From Flavobacteriaceae bacterium (GTDB lineage: Bacteria > Bacteroidota > Bacteroidia > Flavobacteriales > Flavobacteriaceae): DNA of 64,000 nt. A program made the position numbers and the translations under genes. Positions within the stretch are counted from its first letter, which is position 1, and each line of letters begins with the position of its first letter. The notes beneath the pieces are model-generated. The model was not told where the DNA came from. It saw only the letters and a list, made by a program, of their open reading frames with translations, and searched no databases. Location of the stretch: positions 3,185,895-3,249,894 of the forward strand of contig OZ245049.1 in NCBI GenBank assembly GCA_965224465.1, in the 5' to 3' direction. This document shows positions 1 to 8,870 of the stretch, one piece after another.

Positions 1-1
1 T

Positions 2-1000
2 GATAACGATGGTGTATTTATAAGTGGTGTTGGGTTTAGAAATGATAAAAGTATTGAGAACGAATTGTCTTATACAAAAAACAGAACCCTCACGGTAAAA
101 ACACTAAAACTAGGTGATATTGATGAAACTAATATGTATGCTTTTGTAGATAGCAGGTTTAATATCGGTAAGTGGACCGTAAATCCAGGATTGAGATTGG
201 ATTATTTTAAGTTTAATTATCACGATCATTTGAAAGTAGCATACAGTGTAGAGTCAGCGCAAAAATCTATTCTGAGCCCCAAGTTAAATTTCTTATTTAA
301 TTATTCTAACAACCTACAGTTGTTTTTAAAAACAGGGAAAGGTTTTCATTCAAATGATACCAGAGTTGTTGTACAGTCAGTTGGACATAAAACGTTGCCA
401 GCTGCCTATGGAAGTGATATAGGTATGGTTTGGAAGCCAAGTCCAAAAGTAATTCTAAGCACTGCTTTTTGGTACTTGTTTTCTGAGCAAGAATTTGTTT
501 ACGTCGGGGACGAAGCTGTGGTGGAATCCATAGGTAATACACAAAGATTAGGTGTAGATCTTGGATGGATGTATTACCCCTTAGATTGGTTAAGTCTAAA
601 TGTAGATCTTAACTACGCAAAGCCAAAAGCGATTGAAGAACCAAAAGGACAAGATTTTGTGCCATTGGCGCCTGATCTAACAGTTGCAGGAGGCATTAGG
701 CTAAATCATCCGTCTGGATTGTTTGGAGCAGCTAAATTCTTATTTGTAAAAGACAGACCCGCAAATGAAGATAATTCTATTGTAGCTAAGGGCTATTCTT
801 TATTGGATGTAAATATAGGTTACAGATGGAGTAAAATCACCTTGGGAATTGAGCTTAGAAATGTACTAGATACAACATGGAATGAAACCCAGTTTGCTAC
901 CGAATCAAGGTTGAAAAATGAAGTAGCACCCGTTACTGAAATTCACTTTACACCAGGGAATCCTTTTAATGTTAAAGGCTCAATTACGTATAGTTTTTAA
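2..1000 (+). CDS. TonB-dependent receptor, C-terminal fragment (5' end outside window)
   Basis: Frame 2 is open from the first window base, so the listed start at 65 (TTG) is not the true start. Beta-barrel-like C-terminus ending ...GSITYSF with a terminal aromatic. The stop lies 30 bp upstream of ureE. Confidence 0.65.
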   Translation, partial: DNDGVFISGVGFRNDKSIENELSYTKNRTLTVKTLKLGDIDETNMYAFVDSRFNIGKWTVNPGLRLDYFKFNYHDHLKVAYSVESAQKSILSPKLNFLFNYSNNLQLFLKTGKGFHSNDTRVVVQSVGHKTLPAAYGSDIGMVWKPSPKVILSTAFWYLFSEQEFVYVGDEAVVESIGNTQRLGVDLGWMYYPLDWLSLNVDLNYAKPKAIEEPKGQDFVPLAPDLTVAGGIRLNHPSGLFGAAKFLFVKDRPANEDNSIVAKGYSLLDVNIGYRWSKITLGIELRNVLDTTWNETQFATESRLKNEVAPVTEIHFTPGNPFNVKGSITYSF

Positions 1001-1030
1001 TGTGTAATTCGTTTAAAACACAATACTTAT

Positions 1031-1543
1031 ATGAAGATTATCTCAAAAATAATAGGGAATTTAAAAAACAGTGACTTTAGTTCAAAAGAGATAGATTTCT
1101 TTGATATAGAGTGGTATGAGACAACGCGAAAAGTGCTTAGAAAAGAAACCAGAAATGGAGAAGAGATCGCATTGAGGATATTGAAAGAAAAGTTTAGAAT
1201 TAAACACCTCGATATTTTATTTGAAGACGATACTTCTATGATTGTAGCCAGTGTCTTGCCAGCAGAAGCTGTAATTGTACAACCAGATTCTATGAGAGAA
1301 ATGGGTACTATTTGTTACGAAATAGGAAATCAGCACATTCCTATTTTTATAGAAAAAAACGAAATAATTATACCATTCGAAGATCCTATATACAATTTAT
1401 TAAATAGCGCTGGTTATAGGCCTTTAAAAGGGAAAAGAATATTTGAAAACATGCTAAAAGCAGTGCCGGATCATTCAAAGACTACGGATACTTGTATTGA
1501 TATGGATCGCTTATTTAGCAAAGTATTAGCCGATAAAAACTAA
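1031..1543 (+). CDS. ureE: urease accessory protein UreE
   Basis: 170 aa with a GNQH motif (GNRH-like). It lies immediately upstream of ureF/ureG in canonical order. Confidence 0.7.
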   Translation: MKIISKIIGNLKNSDFSSKEIDFFDIEWYETTRKVLRKETRNGEEIALRILKEKFRIKHLDILFEDDTSMIVASVLPAEAVIVQPDSMREMGTICYEIGNQHIPIFIEKNEIIIPFEDPIYNLLNSAGYRPLKGKRIFENMLKAVPDHSKTTDTCIDMDRLFSKVLADKN

Positions 1544-1547
1544 AATT

Positions 1548-2237
1548 ATGAAAATTAATGCACTCTTGAGTTTGTTACATGTAGCCGATCCTAATTTACC
1601 TATTGGTGGATATTCTCACTCCAATGGTTTGGAAACGTATGTTCAAAAAGAAATTGTAAATGATCAAAAAAGTACCTTGAGGTTTTTAATAAATATGATG
1701 AGTAACAATGTATTGCATAACGATGCTTCTTATGTGAAACTGGTTTATGAAGCGTTGGAATCCAATAATTTTAAAGAGGTAATCTCTTTAGATTTGGAGT
1801 GTACAGCCTTAAAAAGCCCTAAGGAAATACGAGAAGGAAGCCATAAGTTAGGTGCGCGCTTATTTAAAATTTTTAAAAACAAAAATGAACACCCTATGTT
1901 AAAAGTTTTAGGGGAATATGTTTTTAAAAAGAAAGAAGTGGGGAATTATGCTATCGTGTATAGTGTGGTGTGTTTTGTAAGTGGGATTTCCTTAAAAGAA
2001 GCCTTGGCAGCATTTTATTTTTCTTCTGCTGCTGGGATGATTACTAATGCCGTTAAATTAGTGCCTCTTGGGCAATTACAAGGGCAAGAGATCTTATTTG
2101 AAATTCAGGGAAAGATAGATGTTTGGGTAGAAAAAACCATTGCGTTGGACAGAAGTCTTGTTGGGATTTCTAATGTAGGTTTTGATTTGCGTTCCATGCA
2201 ACACGAGCGCTTGTATTCAAGGCTGTACATGAGTTAA
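1548..2237 (+). CDS. ureF: urease accessory protein UreF
   Basis: 229 aa, 4 bp after ureE. Size and position between ureE and ureG fit UreF. Confidence 0.7.
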   Translation: MKINALLSLLHVADPNLPIGGYSHSNGLETYVQKEIVNDQKSTLRFLINMMSNNVLHNDASYVKLVYEALESNNFKEVISLDLECTALKSPKEIREGSHKLGARLFKIFKNKNEHPMLKVLGEYVFKKKEVGNYAIVYSVVCFVSGISLKEALAAFYFSSAAGMITNAVKLVPLGQLQGQEILFEIQGKIDVWVEKTIALDRSLVGISNVGFDLRSMQHERLYSRLYMS

Positions 2238-2246
2238 GGAGTCCAG

Positions 2247-2282
2247 ATTATTTATATCGGTCATTTTGGATTGCATTGGTAT
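2247..2282 (+). repeat. Solo 3'-terminal fragment (about 36 bp) of the 160-bp MITE-like repeat family
   Basis: The sequence ttatttatatcggtcattttggattgcattggtat matches the 3' end and terminal inverted repeat of full copies such as 6297-6456. Confidence 0.6.
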
Positions 2283-2327
2283 TAAATGGATGTAGAGGTA
2301 AAAATTATATAATTAAAAGAATAGAGC

Positions 2328-2960
2328 ATGAGAAAATATGTTAAAATAGGAATTTCAGGGCCTGTAGGTGCTGGGAAAACAGCGTTGATAGAAACCCTGT
2401 CTAGAAAAATGGCTAAAAACTATTATATAGGTGTCATAACCAATGATATTTATACCCGAGAAGATCAAATATTCTTACAAAAAAATAGTCTTTTAGATGC
2501 GGATAGAATTATTGGTGTAGAAACGGGAGGTTGTCCTCATACCGCTATTAGAGAGGATGCGAGTATGAACCTAGAAGCGGTGGATGAGTTAGCAGAAAGA
2601 CATCCTGATATGGCACTTTTATTTATTGAGAGTGGTGGTGATAACCTGGCAGTAACCTTTAGCCCAGAACTGGTAGATTTAACCATTTTTGTTACAGATA
2701 CTGCCGCAGGAGAAGACATTCCTAGAAAAGGTGGCCCTGGGAACACTCGCTCTGATTTATTATTGATTAATAAATTTGATTTGGCACCCTATGTTGGTGT
2801 TAACTTAGATAATATGAGGCGAGATGCTCTAAAAATGCGAAAAGGAAAACCATTTGTTTTCACCAATTTAAAAACGGGTGAAGGTGTAGATGCAGTTATT
2901 GGTTGGATTCGAAAATATGCACTCTTAGAAGATATTAAAGAACCAGCACTTATAAAATAA
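2328..2960 (+). CDS. ureG: urease accessory GTPase UreG
   Basis: P-loop [15 protein letters not shown] and NKFDL motifs typical of UreG/HypB-type GTPases; 210 aa. Confidence 0.9.
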   Translation: MRKYVKIGISGPVGAGKTALIETLSRKMAKNYYIGVITNDIYTREDQIFLQKNSLLDADRIIGVETGGCPHTAIREDASMNLEAVDELAERHPDMALLFIESGGDNLAVTFSPELVDLTIFVTDTAAGEDIPRKGGPGNTRSDLLLINKFDLAPYVGVNLDNMRRDALKMRKGKPFVFTNLKTGEGVDAVIGWIRKYALLEDIKEPALIK

Positions 2961-3051
2961 TTTGTAACAATTAGAAAGACCTTTTTGTGACCTATACTGA
3001 ACAGTTAGAAACAGGGGGCTTGATACTTGTTTTTAGAATACTTTTTTGAGG

Positions 3052-3114
3052 CATATGATACATCCATTTCAACCATTTTATTCGGCTAGAGTTTGGTTGA
3101 ATGGGTGTCATATG
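3052..3114. promoter_or_regulatory. Imperfect inverted repeat (about 20-bp arms, about 23-nt spacer) in the ureG-ureD intergenic region; candidate operator
   Basis: CATATGATACATCCATTTCAACC ... GGTTGAATGGGTGTCATATG; the arms pair with two single-base bulges. It sits about 115 bp upstream of the ureD start. Confidence 0.3.
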
Positions 3115-3228
3115 TAACTTCTTATTAAAGCTTTTGATTAAAATAATATAGTATGACAGATGAGACAACCATGTATTTTTATAAGTAGGATGTTTCATTT
3201 GCTCGAATTGATAAAATAGAATATACAG

Positions 3229-4038
3229 ATGAAAAATTTATGTGAATTGAAAATATCAACAGGAATTGTTGATGGTTTTCATAGGTTGATGAATCCTTAT
3301 TTTACAGTACCATTTGGTTTGCTGCGTTTTGATGCTAGAACTCCTCATGATCCTTGGTTGCGTTATATGATTAGAAGTTCATCCCCCGGAATATTGGCGG
3401 GAGACGTTTACGACATGATAATAAACGTAGATAAAAACACGACTCTTGGCTTAGAAACACAAGCGTATCAACGAATTTATGAAATGAACGAAGGAGGCAA
3501 AGCAGTGCAAAAAATGACAGTGACAGTTCAAGATAATGGGTTCTTACATTATATTCCGCACCCTTTAGTCCCTCATAAAGACTCCGACTATGCTGCCAGT
3601 AATACAATTCATTTAAAAAGTTCTTCACAACTAATTTGGGGGGAAGTAATTACTTGTGGAAGAAAACTGTATGGTGAGGTATTTGATTTTAAAAAATTTA
3701 TAAACCACACGGAGATCTTTGTAGATAAACAACTTATTTTTAAAGATAAAATACTGTTTGAACCAAAAAAAACGGATGTTTCTGGTTTAGGTCAGTTAGA
3801 AGGGTACACCCATCAGGCAACACTGTTTTCTTATAGCGAAAATCTTAATTCGGAGTTGATTTATGATTTTTTATTAGCAAGTATTAAAGAGGAAGAAGAG
3901 GTTGAATATGGTATGAGTACTACTTTACGTGGAGGTGTTATTATTCGGATAGTTGGCAATAGTGGAGAGCAATTATATCATTTAATTAAACAGATAGAAA
4001 ATCGAATTTTGGAGGTTTCTATTCCTGAATTAGTATAA
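3229..4038 (+). CDS. ureD: urease accessory protein UreD (UreH)
   Basis: 269 aa, follows ureEFG. Size and cluster context fit UreD. Confidence 0.65.
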   Translation: MKNLCELKISTGIVDGFHRLMNPYFTVPFGLLRFDARTPHDPWLRYMIRSSSPGILAGDVYDMIINVDKNTTLGLETQAYQRIYEMNEGGKAVQKMTVTVQDNGFLHYIPHPLVPHKDSDYAASNTIHLKSSSQLIWGEVITCGRKLYGEVFDFKKFINHTEIFVDKQLIFKDKILFEPKKTDVSGLGQLEGYTHQATLFSYSENLNSELIYDFLLASIKEEEEVEYGMSTTLRGGVIIRIVGNSGEQLYHLIKQIENRILEVSIPELV

Positions 4039-4043
4039 TTATT

Positions 4044-4748
4044 ATGGAGTATTCTTTTCCTTTTATTGCGGGTGTCTTAGCGGCTGTTTTACATGTTATT
4101 TCTGGTCCAGATCACCTCGCTGCGGTTGCGCCATTTGCTATAGAAAGAGTAAAAAAGGCATGGAAAGTAGGTCTTTTATGGGGGCTAGGGCATTTGTCTG
4201 GAATGCTTTTGATAGGGCTGTTGTTTTTAGTTTTTAAAGACGTGATTCCAATTGAGAAAATTTCTAAGCATAGCGAAAAACTTGTTGGTTTTGTGCTTAT
4301 TTTATTAGGTGTTTGGATTTTGACTAAAATCTTTATATCTAATAAAAAAAGGCATAAGCATGTTCATGTACATGTAAAAGGTGCCCCAGCAATTCATAAG
4401 CATGAGCACTCTCATTATGCGAATGATGTACATATCCATGATCATAAAGAAATTAAAAAAGGCAATGTGACTACTTTTTTTGTGGGTCTTGTTCACGGGT
4501 TGGCAGGGATTGCACATTTTTTAATTTTCCTGCCAGTTATTGGATTTGTATCCAAAATAGATTCCATAAAATACATCCTTGGTTTTGGTGTGGGAACCCT
4601 TTTAGCTATGACCTCTTTTGCAATTGTGATGGGGCGTATTGCTGCGTATTCAAAAAAAGATCACAATCATTCTGTTTTTCAAGGGATTCGTATTGCAAGT
4701 GCAGTTTTTGCGTTTTTGTTCGGGATATACTGGGTCTTGGTTAATTAA
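4044..4748 (+). CDS. HupE/UreJ-family nickel transporter with a His-rich loop
   Basis: N-terminal HxxxGxDH signature (HVISGPDH) and polytopic membrane profile. Central loop HKHVHVHVKGAPAIHKHEHSHYANDVHIHDHKE. It lies 5 bp after ureD. Confidence 0.7.
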   Translation: MEYSFPFIAGVLAAVLHVISGPDHLAAVAPFAIERVKKAWKVGLLWGLGHLSGMLLIGLLFLVFKDVIPIEKISKHSEKLVGFVLILLGVWILTKIFISNKKRHKHVHVHVKGAPAIHKHEHSHYANDVHIHDHKEIKKGNVTTFFVGLVHGLAGIAHFLIFLPVIGFVSKIDSIKYILGFGVGTLLAMTSFAIVMGRIAAYSKKDHNHSVFQGIRIASAVFAFLFGIYWVLVN

Positions 4749-4854
4749 CAAAGCTCTTGAGGAAAATAAGTTAAAAATAAATAGTTAGAATCAAGAGTGC
4801 CTTCAGGTACTATTGATTGACAGTTACGTATTATTAAATTTGAAATTCACACTT

Positions 4855-6039
4855 ATGAAAAAACAATTTTTAACAGTATTAGTTGTAATATTTGCAACAG
4901 TACAATTTGGTTATGGCCAAGATAGGAAAGAAGAAAAATCAGTTGCAGTTAACTGGGGAGGATACGTGAAAGCGGATTTTATCTATGATACCCGCCATAC
5001 TTCAGATGCGAGAGAAGGAAATTTTTTAGTATATCCAGCACCAGAAGTTTTTGTAGATGGAAGGGATGTCAATGACGAAGCTAGTTTTAATGGATATGCG
5101 ATTGAGTCTCGGTTGAATGCATCTGTTAAGGGGCCTGATTTTTTCGGAATGAAAACTTTTGGATTCATTGAAGGTCATTTTTTCGGAAACCGTGGAGATG
5201 ATATTAATGGTTTCAGTTTAAGGCATGCTTTTTTAAAGTTATCGAATGATAAAGTGGATATTTTAATTGGTCAATATTGGCATCCGACCTTTGTTACAAA
5301 TGTATCTCCTGGTACTTATGGTTTCAATGCAGGTGTTCCATATCAGGCATTTAATAGAAGTCCACAAATTCGTGTCTCTACAAAAGGAAATGTGAGGTTT
5401 ATTGGAGTTATTTTGACAGAAAGAGATTTTCAAACAGCGGGTAGAGCGAGTGTAAGGTATGCTGCTTTGCCAACTTTACATGCGCAGCTACAGGTTGGTA
5501 GTGATTTAGGTTTCTTAGGTGGTTTTGGGATAAATGTAAAAACTGTTGATACCAAACCCGGATTTAATGAAAACCTAACAAGTATGTCTGTTTTAGCTTA
5601 TGCAAAGGCACAATTAAGCGATAATATTACATGGAAATTACAGGGACTCTATGGAGGGAATATGACAGAGCTTATTCAAGCAGGTGGTTATGGATTAGAT
5701 ATGAACAATGATCCAATTGCTAATAAAACACTATCGGTTTGGACGGAGTTTAGTGGGGATTTTACAAACACCGTAGAATGGGGTCTGTTTGCTGGCTATA
5801 GTGTGGATAATGGCTATGGAGAGCAAGTTGTGGTCGTCCAAAATTCGTCCGTAGAGAGTTCGTATAGAATTTCGCCTAGAATTGGATGGAAATCTGGAAA
5901 AGTAAGGTTAGGGATAGAATTAGATTATTCGGAAGCTCAATATGGGAAGGTAAATCCTACCACAGGAGATTTTGATACTACAGGTATAAAGAGTGTTGGG
6001 AACTTTAGAACAGCTTTGTCTGCGAAGTACAGCTTTTAA
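4855..6039 (+). CDS. putative outer-membrane beta-barrel protein / porin
   Basis: Signal peptide MKKQFLTVLVVIFATVQFGYGQ, Gly/Tyr/aromatic-rich alternating pattern and C-terminal YSF. Start chosen at the in-frame ATG at 4855 inside ORF 4813..6039. Confidence 0.45.
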   Translation: MKKQFLTVLVVIFATVQFGYGQDRKEEKSVAVNWGGYVKADFIYDTRHTSDAREGNFLVYPAPEVFVDGRDVNDEASFNGYAIESRLNASVKGPDFFGMKTFGFIEGHFFGNRGDDINGFSLRHAFLKLSNDKVDILIGQYWHPTFVTNVSPGTYGFNAGVPYQAFNRSPQIRVSTKGNVRFIGVILTERDFQTAGRASVRYAALPTLHAQLQVGSDLGFLGGFGINVKTVDTKPGFNENLTSMSVLAYAKAQLSDNITWKLQGLYGGNMTELIQAGGYGLDMNNDPIANKTLSVWTEFSGDFTNTVEWGLFAGYSVDNGYGEQVVVVQNSSVESSYRISPRIGWKSGKVRLGIELDYSEAQYGKVNPTTGDFDTTGIKSVGNFRTALSAKYSF

Positions 6040-6171
6040 TATTTAGAGAGCTTTGTAAATTTATTGAAAAGGAATCGGAAGATTCCTTTTTTTTATGCCT
6101 TAATTTTAAAGGTATTCCTAAAGGACTGTTTAGGAATCAATACCGAATCGAGTATAGACTTGGTTTTTGTC

Positions 6172-6260
6172 TCGTTTAGATGGAGCATATTAGAGTAGCC
6201 GTAGCTGCCGTTCTGGTTTTAAGAACAAATAAAGGGAAGACTTGAATAAATGTATAGTAA
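6172..6260 (+). repeat. Degenerate partial copy of the MITE-like repeat
   Basis: gtagctgccgttctggtttt matches the family core gtagctatcgttctgttttt (16/20). It lies directly 5' of full copies A and B. Confidence 0.4.
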
Positions 6261-6296
6261 TAATAGGGAACTACTTTATGGATGCGTCTTATTCTT

Positions 6297-6456
6297 ATAC
6301 CAAATACATTTCCAAGAGACGGTTTAGAAATGGAATTATTTTTTATTTTAGCTAGGCGAAAAAAAGAAGGATAGTGTAGCTATCGTTCTGTTTTTCAACA
6401 ACGCTAGAAGGTAAAATAAACTATTTATATCGGTTATTTTGGATTGTAATTGGTAT
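6297..6456 (+). repeat. MITE-like repeat copy A (160 bp, about 30-bp imperfect TIRs)
   Basis: Begins ATACCAAATACATTTCCAAG and ends TTGGATTGTAATTGGTAT (reverse-complementary termini). Internal GATAG-N5-CTATC and CGTTCT...AGAAGG hairpins. Nearly identical to copy B. Confidence 0.85.
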
Positions 6457-6457
6457 C

Positions 6458-6615
6458 ATACCAACTACATTTCCAAGAGACGGTTTAGAAATGGAATTAT
6501 TTTTTGTTTTAGCTAGGCAAAAAAAAGAAGGATAGTGTAGCTATCGTTCTGTTTTTAAACAACGCTAGAAGGTAAAATAAACTATTTATATCGGTTGTTT
6601 TGGATTGTGTGGTAT
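6458..6615 (+). repeat. MITE-like repeat copy B, tandem to copy A with a 1-bp gap
   Basis: Near-identical to copy A. Confidence 0.85.
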
Positions 6616-6962
6616 TATTTATCAATACAGACTAATTTATTAAGAGGTGTCTTTTACATGTCAAAACCACAAGGACTCATTTTGCTTAAACACATTTCAA
6701 CTTGTCATCGCTGTCTATAGTTATGGTTTTGTTTTATAGACAAAAAAAACCAAAAGGATTGGTTCAATCTAATGTGTAGCGTTTTTTTAAGTGCTAAAGG
6801 TTTTGGTTGCGTTTGAAATAGGGATAGGAAATACCAATTGTGGAATGTTTTGTAATTGGGATAAGGAAGTCTATAGAAAAAGAGTCTGTTTTAAAAGCAC
6901 GGTGCTTTTAAAACAGACTCTCGAGAAAAAAAGTGTAAATTATTTTAGGAATAAATAAATTA

Positions 6963-8270
6963 TTAATCCACTATTTCTTCTGGTTTAAATGTAGGTTTCT
7001 TTAAAAATGCGACTAAAACTACCGATATGAGTATTAATACAATGGCAGCATAATAAGCATAGGTATAAGAACCTGTTGCTGCTTTTACACTCGAGGAGAT
7101 TTGAGGACCAATAATTAAAGAAATTCCCCATCCATAATACACCAATCCGTAGTTAGCTCCGTAGTTTTTTAAACCGAAGTAATCGGCAACAATTGAAGGG
7201 GTTACACTAAGTGCAGAACCGTAAGCTACACAGGCAACAACAACTCCAAATACTACCAAAGCTGGAGTAGTGTAGAATGGGAATAAGAACATATTTATAG
7301 CTGCTACCGCATGGATAATATAGTAGGTGTTTTTTCTGCCTATCTTATCCGAAATAATACCACCAGATGCTCTACCAGAAGCATTTGAGATAGAGGCAAT
7401 AGGAACCATTATAGCTAGTAAAGCTGCCACTGTAATAGCGTATTCGCCTGTAGCACCACCTGTTTGGACTTTCATAATATCTGTTACGTTGCTAATGACC
7501 AATGCTCCCGCAGAACAAAAGAATGCATATATTACTAACAGCATCCATGCTTGTGGAGTTTTTGCTACAGTTTTTAAAGCTACACTCGGAGATTTTATTT
7601 GAGTCTCTCTTAAAGGTATAGATTCATCTCTAATAGGTTCTGGTGGTACATATCCTTCTGGAGGGTTTTTTACCATCATTGCCATAGGAAGTCCTATTAT
7701 TAAAATTAAGCCACCTAAGATCATAAGTGTTTGCTCTAGTGTAAAACCTAAGTTTTTCAAGAATAAAACCTCTAATGGGCCTAACCATAAAGCGCCTAAA
7801 CCAAATCCTGCAACCACCAATCCGTTTATCATTCCTTTCTTAGAAGGATGGAACCATTTCATTGCTGCTGGTCGAGGACAAGCATATACGAATCCAATTC
7901 CTAAACCTACAATACCTCCAAAGGTTATAAAGAAAAAATAGGGAGAATGTGTGGCAAAACCAGAAAGTATAGTTCCGATTCCTACCATACATATTCCTAA
8001 AAGCATTACTCTTTTTGGTCCAATTTTGTCTTGTAAGGCACCAGCCAGTATGAGTACCATCGCAAATAACATTCCTCCTATTGAATAGGGCAAGCTTAAT
8101 TGGTCAATGGCCCACTCGTGATATAGTCTACTTCCAGTAGCAGGATCTATAGTGTATTCTAGCGCGTCTTTTAAGTTACTCCAAGTATATAAAATACCGA
8201 CACTAAAGTTAGATAAGACACCCGCGATGAGTACCATTTTTGCGTTTTTTCGAGCTTCTGTAGCTTCCAT
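6963..8270 (-). CDS. MFS transporter (oxalate/formate-antiporter-like)
   Basis: 435 aa with 12 predicted TM helices and an MFS-type charge-loop pattern. Confidence 0.8.
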   Translation of the reverse strand: MEATEARKNAKMVLIAGVLSNFSVGILYTWSNLKDALEYTIDPATGSRLYHEWAIDQLSLPYSIGGMLFAMVLILAGALQDKIGPKRVMLLGICMVGIGTILSGFATHSPYFFFITFGGIVGLGIGFVYACPRPAAMKWFHPSKKGMINGLVVAGFGLGALWLGPLEVLFLKNLGFTLEQTLMILGGLILIIGLPMAMMVKNPPEGYVPPEPIRDESIPLRETQIKSPSVALKTVAKTPQAWMLLVIYAFFCSAGALVISNVTDIMKVQTGGATGEYAITVAALLAIMVPIASISNASGRASGGIISDKIGRKNTYYIIHAVAAINMFLFPFYTTPALVVFGVVVACVAYGSALSVTPSIVADYFGLKNYGANYGLVYYGWGISLIIGPQISSSVKAATGSYTYAYYAAIVLILISVVLVAFLKKPTFKPEEIVD

Positions 8271-8576
8271 AAATAATTATTTTAAGTTAATAAGAGATTT
8301 TTCAGGTTTTTAAAGCAGAATTAAATTTTTCACGACGCTATAGTCAAAGCTATAGAGCCGTAAAAAATTTGTTTTAGGCTTATTTTCAATTATCTATGAA
8401 CAAAGGAACATACAATATGAGCAGCTCTTAAAAGTGAAGTAATAAATGATGATTTTACCGTGGAAATGTAACTTTTAAGGATCAAAAATGAATCAAGAGA
8501 CACTGTTTATTGATGCTTATTGATGGGGATCTGTTTTGAGATTGTAATTTAAACGCTGTTAAAGGTGGTGTTTTGT

Positions 8577-8738
8577 TATCCCAATTAAATTTCCAAGTGA
8601 AGGTTTAGAAATGGAATTATTTTTTGTTTTAGTTAGGTGGAAAATGGAAGGAGAACCTTAGCTATTGTTCTGTTTTTTAACAACACTAGAACGTAAAACA
8701 ACCTATTTATATCGGTCATTTTGAATTGTAATTGGTAT
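8577..8738 (+). repeat. MITE-like repeat copy C
   Basis: Diverged copy (atcccaattaaatttccaag ... ttgaattgtaattggtat). Flanked on both sides by a roughly 57-bp direct repeat (8519-8575 and 8741-8800). Confidence 0.75.
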
Positions 8739-8794
8739 TATTGATGGGCAGCTGTTTTTAGATTGTAATTTAAACACTACTGAAGGAGGTATTT

Positions 8795-8870
8795 TGTTTA
8801 GGCTAAAAATTAGATGGATTCTCATAGCTGCCCTTCTGTTTTTTAACGACTAAGTCGATTCGTTAGAATT
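8795..8870 (+). repeat. Degenerate partial copy of the MITE-like repeat
   Basis: catagctgcccttctgttttttaacgactaag resembles the family core hairpin region; the 5' TIR is missing. Confidence 0.4.

Noticed and set aside
65-1000. Treating the first ORF as a complete 311-aa protein starting at 65.
   Set aside because: The frame is open back to the first base of the window, and the product looks like the C-terminal barrel of a much larger TonB-dependent receptor. It is a 5'-truncated gene, not a small protein.
2992-3198. 68-aa minus-strand ORF in the ureG-ureD intergenic region.
   Set aside because: Unusual composition, no ribosome-binding context, and it overlaps the palindromic candidate operator. 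Most likely a chance ORF in AT-rich non-coding DNA.
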